Part shown: positions 9,902 through 17,702 of the stretch, piece by piece
Layout: every line of letters begins with the position of its first letter
Position numbering within the stretch: the first letter of the stretch is position 1
From: an uncultured archaeon
GTDB lineage: Archaea > Aenigmatarchaeota > Aenigmatarchaeia > CAZXUR01
Length of the DNA: 64,000 nucleotides
Reading direction: 5' to 3'
Assembly: GCA_964644245.1 (NCBI GenBank)
Contig: CAZXUR010000001.1
Span: forward strand, 17,047-81,046
Program-made: the position numbers and the translations under genes
Notes under the pieces: model-generated
The model's database searches: none
Seen by the model: only the letters and a program-made list of their open reading frames with translations
What the model was told of the DNA's origin: nothing

Positions 9902-9928
9902 AAGAATACTTTGGTGAGGCTATATAAA

Positions 9929-10759
9929 TTATTTAGAGGTGGGTTTCTCTTCTTCTTTCCTGTCATTTTCTTTCTTCTTTTTTGCCTTGGAAAGACACGA
10001 CTTGTTTGCCCCTTCCTTCTTCACGGCCTTGACCATGTTTCTCAGTCTGGCTCCCACGTCCCCTTCCTCTTCTATGGCAGAAGAGCCGGTGACTACTATG
10101 TCCGCGCCTGCCGCGACTCGCTCTGCAATCAGTTCTGGGGTCCTGAGAGCGCCTCCCACCACCAGTGGCACGTCTATGGCCTTGTCAACCGCTTTGATGA
10201 CTTCTACAGGCACTGGCTCCGATACACCTGAACCTGCCTCCAAATATATCAGGCGCATGCCCATAAATTGACCGGCCAACGCATAAGCAGCAGACAGTTC
10301 TGGCTTCTTCCTGGGCAGAGGTTTTACGTCCCCTATGAAAGAGACGGTTCCTCCCGGAGAGACCACCAGGTAAGCCATGGGAATGACCTCTATGCCTATC
10401 CTTTTTGCGATCGGGGCTCCGAGAACTTGAGCACCCACTATCCAGTAAGGGTTGTTTGAATTGAGTAGGGACATGTAGAACAGCGCGTCCGCCTCCTTGC
10501 TGACGCCTGAGACATTGCCGGGGAATATGATGACCGGGAGACCTGCTTTCTTTATCTGGAGTATGTCCTCGTCCACGGTCGGTGTGGCAAAACCCATGGA
10601 ACCGCCCACCATTATGGCGTCCGTCCCTGCCTTTGCCGCCACCTTTGCGACTTCACCCGCCTGTTCAGCGGTTATCTTTTCTGGGTCCGGGTCTATGAGA
10701 GTGAAGTGCAGTGCGCCGTCCGTAGACAGCTTCTTCTGTATATAGTCGTAAACTTCCAT
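9929..10759 (-). CDS. geranylgeranylglyceryl phosphate synthase (PcrB/GGGPS family) with Lys-rich C-terminal tail
   Basis: HFTLIDPD...DAIMVGGS...IYLEAGSG...LVVGGALR motifs. Tail is KAKKKKENDRKEEEKPTSK. Confidence 0.9.
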   Translation of the reverse strand: MEVYDYIQKKLSTDGALHFTLIDPDPEKITAEQAGEVAKVAAKAGTDAIMVGGSMGFATPTVDEDILQIKKAGLPVIIFPGNVSGVSKEADALFYMSLLNSNNPYWIVGAQVLGAPIAKRIGIEVIPMAYLVVSPGGTVSFIGDVKPLPRKKPELSAAYALAGQFMGMRLIYLEAGSGVSEPVPVEVIKAVDKAIDVPLVVGGALRTPELIAERVAAGADIVVTGSSAIEEEGDVGARLRNMVKAVKKEGANKSCLSKAKKKKENDRKEEEKPTSK

Positions 10760-10770
10760 ACAAACACCAC

Positions 10771-11490
10771 TTAACTACAAAGGTTAAATTTATATGTCTT
10801 CAAGGCCAGAAACTGTTTTAAACTTAACTCTGACACCTTCTTGTCCAGAAGGGACAAATCTTCCAATTCCCCCAAAGCCTGGTTCTTGGTCAGACCTTTG
10901 TCACACAAGGCGTCCCTCAAGGCGTTTTTCACTTTTTTGTCTTGTTGGAGGAACAGTTTCTGCATGAAGAAATCGCCTTTCCTGGGACTCAGGACAACGA
11001 CTCTTGACTTCACGCCTGGCCGTGGTTCGAAGGCCTCCGGAGGCACGGGAACATCTTTCCTTAGGTTAAAAAACGACTGCACCATGAGCGATAGTTTAGA
11101 GTATCTTTCACCATCTTTTTCAGCGGTCATCCTATCTATAAATTTCTCTGGTAACGTTAACACGGTTCTCCTTGGCATATGTGTCAGCTTATGCATCAGC
11201 GGTTCTGAAATAGAATAGGGAACGTTGGAGACGATTTTGTCTGCTTCTGGCAAGTCCATATCTAGAATATCACCTATGACGACTTCAGCGCCTGTTTTTT
11301 CTAGTTCTTTTTCAAACCTCTCATTTTTTTCCACGACAATTATCTTCTTCGGTTTTCTCTTAACAATTTCTTTAGTAAGGTTCCCTGTACCACCGCCTAT
11401 CTCCAAGACGATGTTAGAAGAACTGACATCAAGCAAATCGACCATCCTCTGGACGATCCGCCTATTCTTCATCATATACTGGTCTTTCAT
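10771..11490 (-). CDS. ksgA: 16S rRNA (adenine-N6,N6)-dimethyltransferase KsgA/Dim1
   Basis: LEIGGGTGNLT SAM motif and SNVPYSISEPL motif. Confidence 0.9.
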   Translation of the reverse strand: MKDQYMMKNRRIVQRMVDLLDVSSSNIVLEIGGGTGNLTKEIVKRKPKKIIVVEKNERFEKELEKTGAEVVIGDILDMDLPEADKIVSNVPYSISEPLMHKLTHMPRRTVLTLPEKFIDRMTAEKDGERYSKLSLMVQSFFNLRKDVPVPPEAFEPRPGVKSRVVVLSPRKGDFFMQKLFLQQDKKVKNALRDALCDKGLTKNQALGELEDLSLLDKKVSELSLKQFLALKTYKFNLCS

Positions 11491-11539
11491 AGAAGGAATA
11501 CAGATATAAAGGATTAAATGTTAACATTTTTGTATTCAC

Positions 11540-11776
11540 ATGAGCTTGATGAAGAAAATTAAGAAGCAGACTCTGGCACTGATGACTGCTGCTCTGGGAT
11601 TCGTGGCAGCTCTGGTATGGAAGGACGCAATATCCGCGTGGCTCGCGCCCCTATACGAGAGTTCGGAAAGCGCGACCGGCCTGACCATAGCCGCATTAGT
11701 TGTCACCGCGGCAGTGGTAGCCATAACCATGCTGCTGGCGAAGTTCCTCGGAGAAGAGGAGAAGAAGGAAGAGTAG
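11540..11776 (+). CDS. small membrane protein
   Basis: 78 aa, two TM helices, acidic tail EEEKKEE. Confidence 0.5.
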   Translation: MSLMKKIKKQTLALMTAALGFVAALVWKDAISAWLAPLYESSESATGLTIAALVVTAAVVAITMLLAKFLGEEEKKEE

Positions 11777-11783
11777 TTAATAG

Positions 11784-11954
11784 TGCGAGGGGCCGGATTC
11801 GAACCGGCGAAGACACTAAGTCACTAGGTTTCTCAGCGATTCCTAGCTCCTGAGCATAGCCCCTAAGCTTGACTCCGCGCCAAGCGCGGTCTAGCCCCTT
11901 TAGTCCGGACAAGGCACGACCTTGTCACGCGTTCGACCACTTGGGTACCCTCGC
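11784..11954 (-). tRNA. 171-nt intron-containing tRNA gene, multiple introns, isotype unresolved (candidate Leu-CAA)
   Basis: Minus strand: acceptor GCGAGGG/CCCTCGC+A, T arm GCCGG-TTCGAAT-CCGGC, D-loop-like AAGTGGTC. About 80 nt or more of interior sequence is excess. GCGGA-GTCAAG resembles a Leu(CAA) anticodon arm. Confidence 0.7.
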
Positions 11955-11993
11955 TTGAAGAAAAATACATCTTACTACATTTAAATAGATTGT

Positions 11994-12410
11994 TTAGAAC
12001 GACCGGTGCGGTACTTCTCCAACTGGTATGGCATCAGGTTCCGTTCCCGTGTAGTCCAGGGCTTCCTCTATCAGTCCCCTCTCCCATCCGCCTAATCCGG
12101 TTAACTTGAAATGCACTTTTCCATTATAGAATATTTCGTCAACATTGCCACATCCAACTTCTGTGTACAAATCTCTTTCAAATCTGGTGGTTCCGTCATT
12201 CTCAGGAGCCTTTGTGTCCCAGTCTCTATCAATATAGCTAAACCTGACGGTCCCTAAATCTTCACCCAAATCATAACCCCCTTCCCGAGCTATTCTCTCA
12301 AGTTCATCGTAAGATACAGGCTTCTCGGTAGTCTCTTTATCAATGATGAGCAATAGAAGTTCTGAGTCTGAAAGAGATGTTTTATCAGATGTTTCGTTCT
12401 TTCTCTCCAT
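11994..12410 (-). CDS. hypothetical protein
   Basis: 138-aa acidic ORF with an ATG start. No motif recognised. Confidence 0.5.
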   Translation of the reverse strand: MERKNETSDKTSLSDSELLLLIIDKETTEKPVSYDELERIAREGGYDLGEDLGTVRFSYIDRDWDTKAPENDGTTRFERDLYTEVGCGNVDEIFYNGKVHFKLTGLGGWERGLIEEALDYTGTEPDAIPVGEVPHRSF

Positions 12411-12486
12411 AATTCCAATTAAACTGAATACTTAAATATCTTACAAATTATAAAAATGGGAAAATAGAAAAGAAGTGAAAGAAGAC

Positions 12487-12675
12487 TTACAACACTGCTT
12501 CTAGTAATTCTCTGGTCAATGTCTTCTTTCCGCTGGCAGCCAGGACCTTTGCAGCCTTTGCGAACTTTGCTTTCAAGGCAGCTTCGGTTACAGCAGCGAT
12601 TTCTGCGTCAGAAGAAATTCTCTCTATGCCGGCTTCCCTAGCTATTCTCTTTAATGGTGCAGTTGCCAATGCCAT
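12487..12675 (-). CDS. archaeal histone-fold protein (divergent, Ala/Lys-rich)
   Basis: ATG at 12675. APLKRIAREAGIERISSDA...GKKTLTRELLEAV fits the alpha1-L1-alpha2-L2-alpha3 histone-fold pattern. Confidence 0.7.
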   Translation of the reverse strand: MALATAPLKRIAREAGIERISSDAEIAAVTEAALKAKFAKAAKVLAASGKKTLTRELLEAVL

Positions 12676-12871
12676 CTTCACACCCCCTTAAACCTAATTA
12701 CCTTGGTTGTTTAAATAATTTATGTCAGAAACCGCCTATTTTAAGTGTTTTAAGGGTGTTTGGTACGGTCAACCGACTCTTGTACAGAGCATCGCAAACC
12801 CTCGCCAGCTGTCCGGGACGGTTCTCCACCAGAACATTGAACTCTTCCATAAGAACAGGTGACGTGAAAAT

Positions 12872-14296
12872 CTAAAAGTCTTTTAGACGCTTGAGGAAGG
12901 GTTTTGGGTCTAATTTTGAGAAGCTTGTGTCCATGTCCGCCCCTGCTGACATGAATCCTCTCAACACACCCCCGGCCTTCTCTTCTTCCCACCATTTTTC
13001 GCCCGCTGAGTCTGTCAACAGACTCTCCAATTCTGCAGCCCTGACTTCGGCTATCAGATAGCTGGGCATGTAGAGCAGGTAGTCGGTCATTATTCCGTTC
13101 AACTGCCATGACTTCTCAGGAACTTCCAAACCCAAATACTTACCGCACAGCTCTCCGTAGAGTTTGTCCGTCTCCTCCATGGTCAGACCTCGCTCCCAGA
13201 ATCCTATTTTGGTCAATGCCTTGACACAGAGAGATGTGGTACTCAACGTCTTGAGTAATCTGTAACCGTTTTCAATCTCCTCTGCCACTTGTTCAGAGAC
13301 ATGCTGCCCCAGATAATCCCTCTTGTTCGTCAGGCCCTCTAAAAGTGTGGAGAATGTTTCTGCTATTCCCATGGAGACCATATATCTGGTCCAGTAGGGC
13401 AGGTCTGACTTGATGGTTGAAAAATGTATCCCGTGTCCGAACTCGTGAAAGACCACTTCCAAGTCCCTCAAAGGAGCTGTCCTCATATAACCGATTCTCA
13501 CGTCATCCGGAACCCTTATCGAGAAGCACCACGCAATTGGTATCTTGTTCTCCCTGTACTCGCCGTCTACCTTCACTTTGGTCGCGTCCAGTCCCATGTC
13601 CTTGAGGGTCTTTACCACCGCCTTCACCGGGTCGACTTTAACCCTTTGGTTCAAGTCCTTGAAAAGGAGTGCATGAATCAGGGAATAACTGTCGTAATAC
13701 TCCAATGGCTTTCCAACGATTTCCTCGAATTCAACGAGTCGGCCTTTGAATAACTTGCTCGATTCCTTTCCCACATCCTTTATCAACCTCTTCAGCCCTT
13801 TGAGCGAAACTTCCTCGTCCTCCAGATAATTGTCCAAGACACTTGTCCCGTACCTCCCGAAGACTTCCTTGCCTTTGGTCATGAACTCAGATACGTGCGG
13901 GGTCAGTAGAGGGACCTTTGATAAGAACTCGTCAGAGACTTCTTTCCTGGTCTTGGCATCCGGGATCGACTGCAGGAAGGGATCCAAGCCATTCCAGGTC
14001 ACATACTTGCCATTGAACTTGTGTTTGCTACTCCTCACCTTCTGGTTCCTTATGGATATCAGTTTCAAGTGAGGAGGGAGAGATTCAGAGTCAGCCACCT
14101 CTCCCATGCAGTCTGAGACCAGTATCCTCGGCTCCTTGAAGTTTTTCAGGAATAGTAGAGAGTGTTCGCCTATCTCCTTTGATAGCCGGTCTATATCATC
14201 CTTACTGTATTCAAGGCCGGACTTCATGTTGAACTTCTCCTCGCTCATGCGAGCGGAGAGCTCTTCTGCCTTTTCACACCAACGTCTCAAATCCAT
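12872..14296 (-). CDS. M3-family oligoendopeptidase (PepF-like)
   Basis: VFHEFGHGIHF zinc motif in a 474-aa helical protein. Confidence 0.85.
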   Translation of the reverse strand: MDLRRWCEKAEELSARMSEEKFNMKSGLEYSKDDIDRLSKEIGEHSLLFLKNFKEPRILVSDCMGEVADSESLPPHLKLISIRNQKVRSSKHKFNGKYVTWNGLDPFLQSIPDAKTRKEVSDEFLSKVPLLTPHVSEFMTKGKEVFGRYGTSVLDNYLEDEEVSLKGLKRLIKDVGKESSKLFKGRLVEFEEIVGKPLEYYDSYSLIHALLFKDLNQRVKVDPVKAVVKTLKDMGLDATKVKVDGEYRENKIPIAWCFSIRVPDDVRIGYMRTAPLRDLEVVFHEFGHGIHFSTIKSDLPYWTRYMVSMGIAETFSTLLEGLTNKRDYLGQHVSEQVAEEIENGYRLLKTLSTTSLCVKALTKIGFWERGLTMEETDKLYGELCGKYLGLEVPEKSWQLNGIMTDYLLYMPSYLIAEVRAAELESLLTDSAGEKWWEEEKAGGVLRGFMSAGADMDTSFSKLDPKPFLKRLKDF

Positions 14297-14456
14297 GTCC
14301 CTAATATGTCAAGAAATCTTAAATAGAATGCTCCGCCTCTGTACACTTCATATCAGAAAGCTCTTCGTATACTCTCTCAATTGCATCCAATATTATGTCT
14401 CTGTCCTCGTCAGAATACCGCAAGTTTTAAATATACTAAAGAATACTTTAGTAAAC

Positions 14457-14681
14457 ATGGCTACAAAGACCGTATCATTCAAGGCCAGCAAAAAACAGCT
14501 GGAAGAAATCAATAGAATCGTGAAAGAGAAAGGTTATACTTCCAAAGGTGAATTCATAAGAGAACTTCTCAGGAAAAACATGGAGCCAGAACTTACCCAA
14601 GAAGCCATCAAAAGGATAAAGGAAGGCCGAAGGCAGCTTGCCGGGGGAGAGGGCAAAGAGATAGAGGACTTGAAGGAATGA
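14457..14681 (+). CDS. ribbon-helix-helix antitoxin (RelB/CopG-like)
   Basis: ATG at 14457 with ttttaaatata about 28 nt upstream. KTVSFKASKKQLEEINRIVKEKGYTSKGEFIRELLRK is an RHH pattern. ATGA overlap with the RelE gene. Confidence 0.7.
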   Translation: MATKTVSFKASKKQLEEINRIVKEKGYTSKGEFIRELLRKNMEPELTQEAIKRIKEGRRQLAGGEGKEIEDLKE

Positions 14682-14956
14682 ACTGGAAAGTAATCGTTTC
14701 TCCCCAGGCAGAAAAGGACTTAAGAAAACTGGAAGACCCGATTTCTGAAAGAATACTAGAGAAACTGAAAGAAGTGAAGAGAAACGTCAACCGTGGTATC
14801 GACCCCGACCATTACCTCAAATGGGTAATGAAGTACGAAATTCACAGATTGAGAGTGGGGAGATACAGAATTTTCGTGGACATAGACAAGAATGAAAGAA
14901 AGATAAAAATCGTCATAATCATGCATCGGGACAAGGCGTACAAGGGTTGGGGCTGA
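14678..14956 (+). CDS. RelE/ParE-family toxin
   Basis: 92 aa. AEKDLRKL...RLRVGRYRIFVDIDKNERKIKIVIIMHRDKAY is the typical RelE fold pattern. Confidence 0.8.
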   Translation: MNWKVIVSPQAEKDLRKLEDPISERILEKLKEVKRNVNRGIDPDHYLKWVMKYEIHRLRVGRYRIFVDIDKNERKIKIVIIMHRDKAYKGWG

Positions 14957-15021
14957 CTGTATCCCAGAAATGCTCTGCTGTTCACTTTATATTAGAAGAA
15001 TTCACAAGGCATGACTTTAAA

Positions 15022-15216
15022 TTAAATATTGTAGGGTTTCTTTTTGCCTGCCCTTCCAAATTCTTTTGCCATCATATCTATGTCCTTATCCGAATGTCTC
15101 TCGACCAAATCAAACTTCGGATTTCTACCGCCAAGTTTCCAAGCGGTATAAGTGCCTATAACTGCCCCGCTACCGATAATTCCGGCCAAGATGTATTCAG
15201 CGATTTCTAAAGCCAT
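15022..15216 (-). CDS. small membrane-anchored protein
   Basis: 64 aa, one N-terminal TM, basic tail. Lies between the two TA modules. Confidence 0.45.
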   Translation of the reverse strand: MALEIAEYILAGIIGSGAVIGTYTAWKLGGRNPKFDLVERHSDKDIDMMAKEFGRAGKKKPYNI

Positions 15217-15275
15217 TTTCTCTCAACGATTCTTAGTTTAAAAATACTTAAATGTTCACGTCGGGACTTCTGTTA

Positions 15276-15539
15276 TCACCAAATTAACTTTGAAAAATCG
15301 TCATAGATGTTCTTTCTGTGTCCAATGAACAAGACAACTACTCTGTTCTCAGTCTTATCGACCTCATAAATCACTCTGTAGTCGCCGATTCTCAGCCTCC
15401 GGAAATTCGTATATTTCAAACGACTTCCTTTCTTTGGAGATTTTTCCAGCTCCTTGATTTTGTTTTTTATTCTTTCTTTTGTCTGCGCGTCTAACTTGTC
15501 TAGAAATTTTTTAGCCTTTGGATGAAGCAGTACTCGCAT
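15276..15539 (-). CDS. RelE/ParE-family toxin (second copy)
   Basis: ATG at 15539 overlaps the antitoxin stop. KAKKFLDKL...RLRIGDYRVIYEVDKTENRVVVLFIGHRKNIY is paralogous to the 14678 toxin. Confidence 0.8.
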   Translation of the reverse strand: MRVLLHPKAKKFLDKLDAQTKERIKNKIKELEKSPKKGSRLKYTNFRRLRIGDYRVIYEVDKTENRVVVLFIGHRKNIYDDFSKLIW

Positions 15540-15757
15540 CAAACTTCCTCTAATGGAATTAAAATATCTGGCTTTTCTTTCGCTTCCTTACTCCTTTCTG
15601 TAAGCATCTTAAAGAATTGGCGCGTTTTTTCCCTCTCTTCGTAAAGAGATATGATCGTCTTAATCGCATCGCTTCGACTTTTAAACCTTCCCTTGGTCAC
15701 CCAACGGTCTATTTCTTTGACGTCTTTTTCGGAGACCCTTAACTGGACTTGAACCAT
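15539..15757 (-). CDS. ribbon-helix-helix antitoxin
   Basis: VQLRVSEKDVKEIDRWVTKGRFKSRSDAIKTII is an RHH pattern. Lies upstream of and overlaps the RelE gene. Confidence 0.7.
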   Translation of the reverse strand: MVQVQLRVSEKDVKEIDRWVTKGRFKSRSDAIKTIISLYEEREKTRQFFKMLTERSKEAKEKPDILIPLEEV

Positions 15758-15819
15758 TTTCTCACTGTAAACATAATTGTTTACATATATTTAAACCTTT
15801 CTGTAGCTGGGTCTTTAAA

Positions 15820-15942
15820 TGCTCCCGTCGGGACTCGAACCCGAGTCGCGAGCTTTCTTCACAGTCCTACGCCGATTTCCGCCAGCGCTTTTGTAAAGGG
15901 CTGTTCGAGAGGCTCGTATCCTTGCCGCTAGACTACGGGAGC
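15820..15942 (-). tRNA. tRNA-Glu(CUC) with an intron of about 51 nt at the anticodon loop
   Basis: Acceptor GCTCCCG/CGGGAGC+A, D arm GTCT-AGCGGCAA-GGAT, anticodon arm CGAGC-CTCTCGA...GCTCG, T arm TCGGG-TTCGAGT-CCCGA. The intron starts ACAGCCC and ends CTGTGAAGAAA. Confidence 0.9.
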
Positions 15943-15968
15943 TTTGAGTAAAACTAGGAAAACATCAT

Positions 15969-16223
15969 TTAAATGTTTACTTTATCCAGGAGTCTCCTGG
16001 TCGTAGACACTACCCATCTCCAGTGGAGTAACAGATGGATGAAAACTAAGACTCCTAACAGTATTCCTACCCAGTCGTGTAGCCAACTAACTTCAGACAT
16101 TGGCAGAACGTCCATAAAGGTGTTCTTGAGGCCGGGCATCTTTACCACGCCTGTCACAAAGACTACCAAGAAAGACACGACTGCACACAAATCCACCAGG
16201 TAGTTCAAAGTATTCCTGTTCAT
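15969..16223 (-). CDS. DUF4405-like membrane protein (3 TM with conserved His)
   Basis: WLHDW and FIHLLLHWRW motifs in TM segments. ATGA overlap with the upstream Cys-rich ORF. Confidence 0.6.
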   Translation of the reverse strand: MNRNTLNYLVDLCAVVSFLVVFVTGVVKMPGLKNTFMDVLPMSEVSWLHDWVGILLGVLVFIHLLLHWRWVVSTTRRLLDKVNI

Positions 16224-16390
16224 CCTCTACCACCACAAACAGGACAAATGGATGCGTGTATGCAGGAGTCGCAGTTCTGGTCACAGTCCCGAGAATGCTC
16301 TCTGCATAAAGCAACGCTTATCTCATTGATGGTGCAAAGGGAGCCATCTTTACCTATGGGCTGTCCGCAGACCATGCACAGATGCTTCAT
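16220..16390 (-). CDS. Cys-rich small protein (56 aa, 9 Cys; below the ORF-track cutoff)
   Basis: Hand translation: MKHLCMVCGQPIGKDGSLCTINEISVALCREHSRDCDQNCDSCIHASICPVCGGRG. Starts 2 nt after the dfx stop and overlaps the next gene by 4 nt. Confidence 0.5.
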   Translation of the reverse strand: MKHLCMVCGQPIGKDGSLCTINEISVALCREHSRDCDQNCDSCIHASICPVCGGRG

Positions 16391-16392
16391 AC

Positions 16393-16767
16393 TCACGCCT
16401 TCCAGAGACCATGGACATTACACAGTTCCCTTGCTACGACCTTGTCTGCCTCGGTCTCGAATACTGCCTCTGGCTTGTCGCCCGGCTTCAAGCGCTTTCT
16501 ACAGACCTTTCCATCCGCTATGATTTCTATCCACTCTATGTAGTGTTTCTCTTCCATGGGATGGGGGTCTGAACCGACATTGACTTTAACGCCCTTGTCA
16601 GTCTTCTCCACCACCGGCACGTGCTTTTCCTTTCCTTGGTCCTCGGTCTTCTCCTCGAGCAACTTCATGGGCTGTCCGCAACACACCAGTTCTCCTACAC
16701 CCGTATGGAGGACTTCAACTATGTTTCCGCAGATGTCGCATTTGTATACCTGCCTTAATTTCGTCAT
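16393..16767 (-). CDS. dfx: desulfoferrodoxin (2Fe superoxide reductase)
   Basis: ATG at 16767. Desulforedoxin-like [10 protein letters not shown]...VCCG N-domain plus an SOR domain ([25 protein letters not shown]). Confidence 0.9.
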   Translation of the reverse strand: MTKLRQVYKCDICGNIVEVLHTGVGELVCCGQPMKLLEEKTEDQGKEKHVPVVEKTDKGVKVNVGSDPHPMEEKHYIEWIEIIADGKVCRKRLKPGDKPEAVFETEADKVVARELCNVHGLWKA

Positions 16768-16771
16768 TCCA

Positions 16772-17047
16772 TCACACATCCTCGACTTCTTTCTTTCCCT
16801 CTTCCATCTCTTCAATCTGTTCCTTGTCTCTATCTAGGAGCAGGGACTGGAACTCTCCTACGTGTTCCTTCTCTTCCTTTGCTATGTCCATGAGTACTGC
16901 TTTTATCTTCTTGTCCTTGGTCATGGCGGCCATCTGTTCGTAAAGGCTTATGGCATCCAGTTCGGCTATCAGACCGGCTCTTAGAATCTCCAAATCCATG
17001 TTCTTGGTGTCGACCTTACTCAAATCTATGGGTAGTTTTGACAACAT
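16772..17047 (-). CDS. EncFtn/Flp-type half-ferritin (rubrerythrin-superfamily four-helix-bundle half)
   Basis: [10 protein letters not shown]...[12 protein letters not shown] matches the E..Y/EExH iron-site pattern of encapsulated-ferritin-like proteins; about 91 aa. Confidence 0.7.
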   Translation of the reverse strand: MLSKLPIDLSKVDTKNMDLEILRAGLIAELDAISLYEQMAAMTKDKKIKAVLMDIAKEEKEHVGEFQSLLLDRDKEQIEEMEEGKKEVEDV

Positions 17048-17080
17048 ATTCACACCTCCTGTTTATATTGGCATTCAAAA

Positions 17081-17653
17081 TTAATAATCTTCGCATTTGA
17101 CCTGGAAATAGCCCTTCTCATGACCGCAGGAAGGACACTCCTTGGGTGGTTCTTTTCCAAAGTGCATGTAGCCGCATTCCCTGCACATCCACCAGACAGC
17201 CTTGTTCTTCTTGAGGACGGTCTTGTCCTTGACTTGTTTCAGCAATTTCTTGTACCTTTCCTCGTGATGCTCTTCTGCCTTTGCTATGGCTCTGAGTCTC
17301 TGGGCAATTTTGGGCAGGCCTTCCTTCTCCGCGACCTTTGCGAATTCCGGATACATCTCCGAGTTCTCGTAGTGCTCCCCGGCGATAGCAGCGGCCAGGT
17401 TCTTGGCAGTGCCTCCGTAGTCAAGGGGCGCCTCTGCCTTGACTTGAATATCGCCCTTGCCCTTCTTCAGTTCCTGTATGTGCTCGAACAGGCGTTTCGC
17501 ATGTTCCTTCTCGTTGTTTGCAGTCAGGAGAAATATCCCTGCAATCTGCTCAAAACCTTCCTTCTTCGCAATCTTTGCGTAGAAATTATATCGGTTCCTG
17601 GCCTGACTTTCGCCGATGAAAGCCTTGGTCAGGTTCTTCAGAGTCTCTTTCAT
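17081..17653 (-). CDS. rbr: rubrerythrin
   Basis: Di-iron four-helix bundle ([29 protein letters not shown]) plus a C-terminal rubredoxin-like CRECGY...CPSCGH. Confidence 0.92.
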   Translation of the reverse strand: MKETLKNLTKAFIGESQARNRYNFYAKIAKKEGFEQIAGIFLLTANNEKEHAKRLFEHIQELKKGKGDIQVKAEAPLDYGGTAKNLAAAIAGEHYENSEMYPEFAKVAEKEGLPKIAQRLRAIAKAEEHHEERYKKLLKQVKDKTVLKKNKAVWWMCRECGYMHFGKEPPKECPSCGHEKGYFQVKCEDY

Positions 17654-17669
17654 ACAATCCTCCTATAAC

Positions 17670-17687
17670 AGTGTTATATATAACACT
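17670..17687. promoter_or_regulatory. perfect 18-bp palindrome over the rubrerythrin TATA position (candidate operator)
   Basis: agtgttata|tataacact, centred about 25 nt upstream of the rbr ATG (17653). Confidence 0.5.
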
Positions 17688-17702
17688 TCCTTCTTTAAAT
17701 AT

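Noticed and set aside
11617-11912. 78-aa and 69-aa ORFs (and 15749-15931) overlapping tRNA genes
   Set aside because: The sequence is explained by the tRNA structure, and the ORFs are Arg/Gly-rich noise.
16772-17047. Encapsulin nanocompartment system
   Set aside because: Only the EncFtn-like cargo homologue is present. There is no shell gene in the window and no recognisable targeting peptide.
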